Shown here one piece after another: positions 34,901 to 40,783 of a stretch of DNA of 40,783 nt. The first letter of the stretch is position 1. Each line of letters starts with the position of its first letter. The DNA is from a virus (Duplodnaviria; Caudoviricetes). The translations under genes and the position numbers were made by a program. The DNA is taken from positions 1 to 40,783 of IMG/VR virus record IMGVR_UViG_3300044210_000015, one strand, 5' to 3'. The notes below the pieces were generated by a model, which was not told the DNA's origin, did not search any database, and saw only the letters and a program-made list of their open reading frames with translations.

Positions 34901-35103
34901 CCGCCCAGAAGTGCCGCGACTGCGACGGCAACAGCCACGCCTACTCACACCTCGGCCCCTGCTCGCGGTGCGGCTCCTGCTGCGAGTGCTACTGCGGCGA
35001 GATCTCGGACGTCAACCCGTCGTGCGGCCACCACATTTTGGACCGCTGCTCCGGCTGCATGGTCTGCCGGGTGTGCGACGGCTGCTACTGCTGGGAGGGC
35101 TGA
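34897..35103 (+). CDS. Cysteine-rich 68-aa protein
   Basis: 15 Cys and 4 His; translationally coupled on both sides. Confidence 0.62.
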   Translation: MTAQKCRDCDGNSHAYSHLGPCSRCGSCCECYCGEISDVNPSCGHHILDRCSGCMVCRVCDGCYCWEG

Positions 35104-35333
35104 TGTCCTCGACCACACTCGCTAACCGCCTAGCCCTGCTCGCCGCGATCCGTGCCGGCGAGGTGACCGGGCAGGCGTCCTGCTGGTGGCTGGACGGCTG
35201 GTCCAACCGCACCGCATCCGTCAAGGCGGCGATGGCGGCCGGGCTGGTCGAGAAGGCCACGCCGCCGTCGTCCGGGCGGGCCGTCGCGCAGCTCACCGAG
35301 GCCGGGGCTGCGGTGCTGGACGGTGCGCGGTGA
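35103..35333 (+). CDS. Hypothetical protein (winged-helix-like)
   Basis: AGLV..LTEAG..L pattern; TGATG coupling. Confidence 0.55.
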   Translation: MSSTTLANRLALLAAIRAGEVTGQASCWWLDGWSNRTASVKAAMAAGLVEKATPPSSGRAVAQLTEAGAAVLDGAR

Positions 35334-35518
35334 GCGTCCCACCGGGCGGCACATGCCGCCGCAAACGCTCCTACGACAGCCGGCAGTGGGCTGAGCGGGT
35401 ACTCGCTGGGATGGTCAGCCGCGGCTCGTTCGCGGACCAGCTCAACGCGTACCGGTGCAAGCGCTGCGGGTCTTGGCATGTCGGGCACCGGCCCGGGGCG
35501 CGACGGAGGGCATCGTGA
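35330..35518 (+). CDS. Small zinc-finger protein
   Basis: C..KR.Y..AYRC..CG.WHVG motif. Confidence 0.62.
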   Translation: MSVPPGGTCRRKRSYDSRQWAERVLAGMVSRGSFADQLNAYRCKRCGSWHVGHRPGARRRAS

Positions 35519-35781
35519 CCGCACGGTTGCTCGACATGAGGTTCCGCCGGAGCCCTGCCGTCGCCGCGCTCGGCCTCGTCGTCGTGGCGTGTGAGACGCC
35601 CGCCTACGACGAGGACGGCGTGACCCTGATCGGCACCTGCGGGTCCAGCCTCGGACCGTGGCCGGACACATCACCTGCGGTCGCCAAGGCCGCGCAGGAC
35701 CTCGCCGTGGCGCTCGGCTGGCAGCTGGCACCGACCGTCCGCTGCCCGTCCTGCGTGCAGATCGCGAGGGGGTGTCGATGA
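35515..35781 (+). CDS. Hypothetical protein
   Basis: GW....RCPSC motif; coupled. Confidence 0.55.
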   Translation: MTARLLDMRFRRSPAVAALGLVVVACETPAYDEDGVTLIGTCGSSLGPWPDTSPAVAKAAQDLAVALGWQLAPTVRCPSCVQIARGCR

Positions 35782-35993
35782 CCCGCCGCCGCACCGCCGA
35801 GCCGCCGCACGTCGCCCGCGACGACGGCACCGGCTGCTGCACCACGTGCCGCCTGCCGCTGTGGACGTCACGCGGCGGGCGGCGGGTAGCCGCCGTCAAC
35901 GCCAGACACGTCGACCACCCGGCCGACATTCCGCCCGCACCACCCGGGCCGCAGGATCTTGCGGCCGGAGATTTGGAGGACCACCGTGACTGA
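35778..35993 (+). CDS. Hypothetical protein
   Basis: PH..C..C.LP..N.RH motif; coupled. Confidence 0.55.
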   Translation: MTRRRTAEPPHVARDDGTGCCTTCRLPLWTSRGGRRVAAVNARHVDHPADIPPAPPGPQDLAAGDLEDHRD

Positions 35994-36420
35994 CCCCAAC
36001 CTCGCCGCCATCGCCCGCAAGGCCGTGCTGGCAGCACTTGACGAGCTTGCCCAGGACGGCATGGGCCACGCCGAGCTGCTCGACGACGCCGAGTTCGACG
36101 GGCTGCCGCAGGCCGAGTACGAGAACCTTTGCGGTCAGCTTGGGGAAGAGATCAAGGCCGTCTGCGACCGGGTGGACGCGTTGCTGACCGCCGATACCGC
36201 GCCCGCCCTCCCGCAGGCATGGCGGGATCTGCTCGAGGGCCTGGCCCTGCTCGCGACGCACCAGACGAGCGACATCAGCCCGCTGAACTGCACGCACGAC
36301 ACGCTGTGGGTGTCCTCCGACCCGGCCGAGTACAGCTCGGAGGACATCGTTCGGCTCGACGATCTGGGCTTCCACCCGAGCGACGGCGGGTTCATGTCGT
36401 ACCGGTTCGGCAGCGCCTGA
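35986..36420 (+). CDS. Hypothetical protein
   Basis: GGAGG RBS; C.HD.L.V..RL..LGF motif. Confidence 0.65.
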   Translation: MTDPNLAAIARKAVLAALDELAQDGMGHAELLDDAEFDGLPQAEYENLCGQLGEEIKAVCDRVDALLTADTAPALPQAWRDLLEGLALLATHQTSDISPLNCTHDTLWVSSDPAEYSSEDIVRLDDLGFHPSDGGFMSYRFGSA

Positions 36421-36519
36421 GCTGCACCACGTACTGCGGCGCGCGTCCCACTCACCAGGGGCGCGCGCCGTTCCACTCCAAGCGCAAGATCGACATAGAT
36501 AGATGGATGGGAGATCCTC

Positions 36520-37458
36520 GTGACCCACGAGGAAGACGCCACCGTACGCGACTGGACTGACATCCTTGCGCGCATCCGGTTCGGCGTCGTCCGCATCGAC
36601 AAGCGCAACACCGTCGCCGGCAGCGCGATCAAGGCCGTCGCCGGTCGGCTCGCCGACTACGCGGACTCCGACGGCTCCCGCGTACGCCCCGGACTCGCCC
36701 GCGTCGCGCTCGACCTGGAGCTGTCCTACGAGACCGTCAAGCGGGCCGTGAGCGTCCTCGTCAAGGCCAGGCTGCTGCGCCTGGTACACGCTGCCGCTCG
36801 GCGCGGCGACGCGAACGTGTACCGGCTGACGATCCCCGAGGATCTCATCGACCGCGTCGACGTCTGGAGTCCAGCGAAACAGGCGCTCGAGATCGCCCGC
36901 ATCAACGAGTCGAGGAAGGGCCGCCGCAGGACCACCGAAGGGTCCCCGGACTCCGACCCGCAGGGCGCTCAACGCCCAGCGGACACCCGTCAAGAAAGGA
37001 CACCCGCAGGGCGCTCAACGCCCAGCGGGCACACGGATAGCCACGACCCGCAGGGCGCTAAACGCCCAGCGGCAGCATGCGACGCGACCGAACCCGCTGG
37101 GCGCTCAGCGCTTGCAAACAGCGAGCCGCTGGGCGCTCAGCGCTCGCACCGCTGGGCGCTCAGCGCCCCCCCACCGACCAATGACCTAACCACAACAGAG
37201 ACCGACCAACAGATGGCTGATCTACGTACGGACGGCGAGCTTTCGCGCGTGAGCCCCCCGGACGATCAAGATCCAGAATCCCGGGACGACAGCACCGCGA
37301 AACCCGCCCCGCCGCCCGGACCCAAACGCTGCCGACCCCACGGCCTCGCCGGCGGCATCCGGCCAGACGGGAAACCCAACTGCCCGCTCTGCCGCCGCGA
37401 GGCGGGACGCGAACCCGAACCTGATCCGGCGCCCGACACGCTCGCCACCGCAGCCTGA
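36520..37458 (+). CDS. Replication initiator (N-terminal winged HTH)
   Basis: LA.YAD.DG....PG..R.A..L.LS..TV.RA...L wHTH; internal iteron array as in lambda O-type genes. Confidence 0.75.
   Translation: MTHEEDATVRDWTDILARIRFGVVRIDKRNTVAGSAIKAVAGRLADYADSDGSRVRPGLARVALDLELSYETVKRAVSVLVKARLLRLVHAAARRGDANVYRLTIPEDLIDRVDVWSPAKQALEIARINESRKGRRRTTEGSPDSDPQGAQRPADTRQERTPAGRSTPSGHTDSHDPQGAKRPAAACDATEPAGRSALANSEPLGAQRSHRWALSAPPPTNDLTTTETDQQMADLRTDGELSRVSPPDDQDPESRDDSTAKPAPPPGPKRCRPHGLAGGIRPDGKPNCPLCRREAGREPEPDPAPDTLATAA
36958..37170. repeat. Iteron array, putative replication origin
   Basis: CCGCAGGGCGCT(C/A)AACGCCCAGCGG at 36958, 37004 and 37048; CCGCTGGGCGCTCAGCGC at 37094, 37126 and 37149. Confidence 0.8.
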
Positions 37459-37467
37459 GAGGACACC

Positions 37468-37674
37468 ATGACCACGACCACCACGACGCCCATCCGGCTC
37501 CTCACGCCAGCCGAGGTCGCCGCGGAATTCGGAGTCACCCGCCCCACCATCACCCGCTGGGCAGCCACCGGACGCATCAACTCGATCCGCACCCCGGGCG
37601 GACACAACCGGTACCGCGAGGACGAGGTCCGGGCGCTGCTCGCCGGCGCCGGAGAGCAGGGGACCGACCGATGA
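37468..37674 (+). CDS. BldC-family (MerR/Xis-like) DNA-binding protein
   Basis: LLTPAEVA..F.V...T.TRWA..G...SIRT.GGH.RYRE.EVRALL matches the BldC signature; 68 aa. Confidence 0.82.
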   Translation: MTTTTTTPIRLLTPAEVAAEFGVTRPTITRWAATGRINSIRTPGGHNRYREDEVRALLAGAGEQGTDR

Positions 37675-37955
37675 CCACGACCACCGACTGCCTCGGCTGC
37701 GCCATCGCCGCCGACCAAGAACGCGTCACCTGCGCACACCACCACCAGCATCCGCCCGAGATCCTCACCTGGGACTGGCGCGAACAACCCGACTTGTCCG
37801 AACTGGCGAGCATCGTCCTCGAGCGCTCCGGCGGACGCATCCACCTCACGCCCGTCGAGGACACCGGCGACGACCAGTACGCGCTCATCATTGGCAGCGA
37901 ACCGCTCACCCAGGAGCAGGCCAGCGCCGCGTACTGGGCGGAGGTCGAGCGATGA
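37671..37955 (+). CDS. Hypothetical protein
   Basis: TWDWREQPDL..L motif; coupled. Confidence 0.62.
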   Translation: MTTTTDCLGCAIAADQERVTCAHHHQHPPEILTWDWREQPDLSELASIVLERSGGRIHLTPVEDTGDDQYALIIGSEPLTQEQASAAYWAEVER

Positions 37956-38275
37956 GTATCAACGTCGATGCGGCGGCGTGGGACGTCGTCAACGCCGCCG
38001 GCCGCATGCTCGACCGCTGGGCCGAATCCTCCGAGCAGGTACGCAACCGCGACCTGTGGCAGCCACTCCACCAGGCAGCGGACCGGCTCAGGCTCGAGCT
38101 GGAGACCAGCGAGACCGCCGAGACGCTGCTCGCCGTCTACCTCGCCGCGGCGACCGAGGACGGCAGCCTCGAGGCAGCGCCGGACGCCGACCTCAAGGCT
38201 GCCTACGCCGCGGCCGCGCTCGTCACCGTGCACGTTCAGTGGGAGACCGAGCGGAGGGGAGGCGGACGTGGCTGA
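37952..38275 (+). CDS. Hypothetical protein
   Basis: ATGA coupling; GGAGG RBS. Confidence 0.6.
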   Translation: MSINVDAAAWDVVNAAGRMLDRWAESSEQVRNRDLWQPLHQAADRLRLELETSETAETLLAVYLAAATEDGSLEAAPDADLKAAYAAAALVTVHVQWETERRGGGRG

Positions 38276-38450
38276 CCTCGATCACCTCGCCAGATGCAGC
38301 GAGATACTCGCAGCCATCACCGAGGCCGCACCCGACACAGCCGAGCTCGTCGACGAGCTCCGCGAAGAGATCGCCGCCGCAGTCGAGCAGGCGCGAAGCC
38401 GCGCGTACCGACGCGGCCACAACCACGGCTACCACGCTGGACGGAGGTGA
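38268..38450 (+). CDS. Hypothetical protein
   Basis: GGAGG RBS, GTG start. Confidence 0.55.
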   Translation: MADLDHLARCSEILAAITEAAPDTAELVDELREEIAAAVEQARSRAYRRGHNHGYHAGRR

Positions 38451-38456
38451 GTGGAG

Positions 38457-38702
38457 GTGGCTGACCTCGAGCGCGACGACTTCGGCGACATCCACGTCAC
38501 ACGCCACGCACCCACCGTGGACAACGCGCCAGCCCGAGCGCTCATCGGGCTCAGCTCGATCCGCCATGGTGGCGTAGAGCCGCACGGCGACCGGCTGTAC
38601 ATCGGCCACTGGCGCGACGGGCAGGCGGTGTACTACCGGGTCATCGGGTGGCACGCCGAGCGCCAGGCCCTCATTGTCGAGCGGGAGGACGACCGTGGCT
38701 GA
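38457..38702 (+). CDS. Hypothetical protein
   Basis: GGAGG upstream; V.YRV.GW motif. Confidence 0.55.
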   Translation: MADLERDDFGDIHVTRHAPTVDNAPARALIGLSSIRHGGVEPHGDRLYIGHWRDGQAVYYRVIGWHAERQALIVEREDDRG

Positions 38703-38985
38703 CGCTGATGTGCGAGTGCAGTTGGGCTGCACCGAAGAACTGTCGACGGCGCTGGATTGGGCAGCTCACCGGCTCTCGATCATCGCCGATATCTCATTCC
38801 AACATTCCAAAGATGCGATCAGCCAGATGATCAACATGGAAGCCGATCTGCGGCGGTGGAACCAGTTCGTCAGCGACTCGCGCGAGCACGGGCGACGGAC
38901 CCGGAGGTGGAGTCGGCCGCATCACTCGCGTCCGGTCTCGATCGGGCGGCGTGGTGCTGCGTACCGCAGGAGGAGCCGTGGCTGA
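38695..38985 (+). CDS. Hypothetical protein
   Basis: GGAGG RBS; overlaps both neighbours. Confidence 0.5.
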   Translation: MADADVRVQLGCTEELSTALDWAAHRLSIIADISFQHSKDAISQMINMEADLRRWNQFVSDSREHGRRTRRWSRPHHSRPVSIGRRGAAYRRRSRG

Positions 38986-39868
38986 CTGCGCCATCTGCGC
39001 CCGCCCGCAGCCCGACACCGCCGTCGTCTGCCACGTTTGCGCCCGCGGCACGGCAGACGCCCTCCTGCAGCTGGCACGGCTCACAGGAGACGGCGACCTG
39101 GCCGCCCAGATCGCACGCCAGGGGCGCATCGGGTCCGGTGGTGGGAACAGTGACGGGGTGCCGCTGCCGGTGGACCTGCGGGCAGCACAGCGGGCCTCCC
39201 TGGGTGTGACGGTGATCGTCTCGTTCGCCCTCGAGACGGCACGCGCCCAAGGCCTGCGGCTCACCATCACCCGGGCAGCCACCTCCGGGCCGTACTGCGA
39301 GGCCGGCTGCGGGCACACCAGCTGCCGCACCATCGCCACCCGCCGCCGTGCTGCCCAGCTCCCGGCCCTGTGCCGCTGGCTCGCCTCGCAGGTGGGGTGG
39401 ATGCGGCGCCAGCCTGATGCGGTCGAGATGTTCGGGAGCCTGGAGCGGCACTGCCAGGCCCTCGAGCGAATGGTCGACCGCCCGGATCCCGGGGTGCTGG
39501 TCGGGGTATGCGAGTGCGGGGCGACCATCTACGCCAGGCACGAGGCTGGCATGGTGCGCTGCAAGGTGTGCCGTACGCAGTGGGACGTCCAGGTGTCGAG
39601 GGAGATCTTGCGGCGGCGCCTCGACGACCAGCTGATGACGCCGGCCGAGATCGCGCGGCTCGCGGCGCACATGTTGATCGTAGCCGATCGTGAGAAGACG
39701 CGACGGTTGATCAACAAGTGGGCACAACGATCGATGGTTGTCGAACGTGGACGTTCGGACGATGGCCCAACCTACCGATTCGGTGAGGTGATCACACGCC
39801 TGACCAGGGCATCGAATGCTACTGTCTCCAGTGATCGGACAGGCGAACCCTGCCCGATTCCAGTCTGA
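38978..39868 (+). CDS. Zinc-finger + C-terminal HTH protein, putative late transcription regulator
   Basis: C..C / VC..C N-terminus, G.C.CG..L.A..C..C...W zinc ribbon, I.KW..R..YRFGEV tail; last early gene. Confidence 0.65.
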   Translation: MADCAICARPQPDTAVVCHVCARGTADALLQLARLTGDGDLAAQIARQGRIGSGGGNSDGVPLPVDLRAAQRASLGVTVIVSFALETARAQGLRLTITRAATSGPYCEAGCGHTSCRTIATRRRAAQLPALCRWLASQVGWMRRQPDAVEMFGSLERHCQALERMVDRPDPGVLVGVCECGATIYARHEAGMVRCKVCRTQWDVQVSREILRRRLDDQLMTPAEIARLAAHMLIVADREKTRRLINKWAQRSMVVERGRSDDGPTYRFGEVITRLTRASNATVSSDRTGEPCPIPV

Positions 39869-39910
39869 CCGTCAGCCCGGCGAGCACCCCCACGCTCTCC
39901 GGGCTGACGG
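39869..39910 (+). terminator. Strong hairpin immediately before the tRNA
   Basis: CCGTCAGCCCGG / CCGGGCTGACGG perfect 12-bp stem directly after a stop codon. Confidence 0.6.
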
Positions 39911-39918
39911 CATTCCGG

Positions 39919-39992
39919 TGCGAGGTAGAGCAGCTCGGTAGCTCGCCAGGCCCATAACCTGGAGGTCGCGTGTTCGAATCACGCCCTCGCCA
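39919..39992 (+). tRNA. tRNA-Met(CAT), initiator-like, deviant
   Basis: Cloverleaf: GCGAGG/CCTCGC acceptor with 1:72 mismatch, GAGC/GCTC D stem, CCAGG/CCTGG anticodon stem with loop CC-CAT-AA, GCGTG-TTCGAAT-CACGC T arm. No encoded CCA. Confidence 0.85.
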
Positions 39993-40229
39993 CTACCCGC
40001 TCAGCAACGCAGCAAGCAGGCGCAACGCCACAGTCACCCCGTACAGCAGACCAACCAGGCCAAGCAGCACACCCACCGCAACGGCCTGCAGCCACGACTG
40101 CGTAGTGACAGACTCGATAGCCAGCGGCACAGCGCCAATCGCAACCATCCAGCCGATGGCGCCGATGATCCGGGAAGCGAAGCGCACGTCAGCGCAGATG
40201 CCCGACGTTGCATTGGTGTCTGAGTCCAT
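39993..40229 (-). CDS. Antisense two-TM membrane protein (moron-like)
   Basis: Two hydrophobic helices; fills the tRNA-HNH gap on the opposite strand. Confidence 0.55.
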   Translation of the reverse strand: MDSDTNATSGICADVRFASRIIGAIGWMVAIGAVPLAIESVTTQSWLQAVAVGVLLGLVGLLYGVTVALRLLAALLSG

Positions 40230-40255
40230 CCGGCCAGGATCACACGGAGATCCAC

Positions 40256-40636
40256 ATGCCACGCGCACTGCGCGTCTGCTCACAGCCAGGCTGCCCAGAA
40301 CTGACGCAGGGCGGACGATGCGGGCAGCACCGCAAGCAGGCAGACCAGCAGCGCGGAACCGCGGCACAGCGCGGCTACGGCACCAGGCATCGACGCCGCT
40401 TCCGGGAGCAGGTGCTCACCCGCGACCCACTGTGTGTCTGCGTCGACCAGGGCCACGGACACGCAGGCCAGTGCCTGACGCCCAGCACAGTCGCCGACCA
40501 CTACCCCCGCGATCGGCGGGAGCTGGTCAGGCTCGGGCTGGACGCAGACGACCCGCAGCACGGGCGCGGGCTGTGCGTGTCGTGTCACGGCAAGCACACG
40601 TCACGGGCTCAGCCGGGAGGGTGGAACCAGCGATGA
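40256..40636 (+). CDS. Terminase-associated HNH endonuclease (HK97 gp74-like)
   Basis: MP..C..PGCP, A.QRGY, VL.RDPLC, ADH and GLC..CH..HT motifs; last gene before the genome end. Confidence 0.88.
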   Translation: MPRALRVCSQPGCPELTQGGRCGQHRKQADQQRGTAAQRGYGTRHRRRFREQVLTRDPLCVCVDQGHGHAGQCLTPSTVADHYPRDRRELVRLGLDADDPQHGRGLCVSCHGKHTSRAQPGGWNQR

Positions 40637-40665
40637 ACTTCGGCCAGGCGCTCGAGCAGCTCTGA
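40633..40665 (+). pseudogene. 10-codon relic MNFGQALEQL*, resembling the DUF2829/Tad2-like N-terminus
   Basis: ATGA-coupled to the HNH stop; matches the MNFG.ALE.LK start recalled for that family, then stops. Confidence 0.4.
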
Positions 40666-40783
40666 CATGCAACAACGCGAGAAGCAACCGTGGTGGCGGA
40701 GAGCAGCTTGCATTGATCGGATGATGCGTACGGACAGTGATGATGGGGTGGGGGGATAGCCCGTGGTCAATGGACTGATGAAC

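Larger units (their letters stand above)
1..40783. mobile_element. Temperate actinobacterial siphovirus genome, apparently complete
   Basis: Canonical module order terS-terL-portal-capsid-tail-lysis-integrase/repressor-recombination-replication-HNH. Starts just upstream of terS and ends just after the terminase-associated HNH, as expected for a cos-linearised genome. Confidence 0.93.

Noticed and set aside
36958-37170. Repeat array as a CRISPR mini-array
   Set aside because: It lies in frame inside the initiator gene, spacers are short and irregular, repeats degenerate, and no cas genes are present. Iterons fit better.
39919-39992. tRNA as the attP core
   Set aside because: It is a full-length, diverged tRNA about 12 kb from the integrase, not a 3' fragment adjacent to it.

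Overview
The window looks like an essentially complete, high-GC temperate siphovirus genome of an actinobacterial host, possibly a filamentous actinomycete (inferred from gene content). It is linearised just upstream of the small terminase. Gene order: packaging (terS, an inserted HNH, terL), portal and head, a fibre-like SGNH-hydrolase gene, head-tail joining, tail (MTP, chaperone with -1 frameshift, TMP, minor tail) and lysis. These are followed by a leftward accessory arm containing an SpdB/DUF2637-like membrane operon under a divergent ribbon-helix-helix regulator, then a minimal Xer-like tyrosine recombinase with a repressor/Cro switch. The early operon encodes a GGDEF diguanylate cyclase, YqaJ/RecT, an iteron-containing replication initiator and a BldC homolog. 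A deviant initiator-like tRNA-Met and the terminase-associated HNH close the genome. The most interesting signals are a possible host-development hijack module (DGC lacking the I-site plus BldC), a plasmid spread-like membrane operon inside a phage, a hidden antisense TatA-like 35-aa peptide, a 34-bp lox-like site, and recurring GCGAY-pentaloop hairpins at packaging/head gene starts. All family assignments come from motif recognition by eye; no database search was run.
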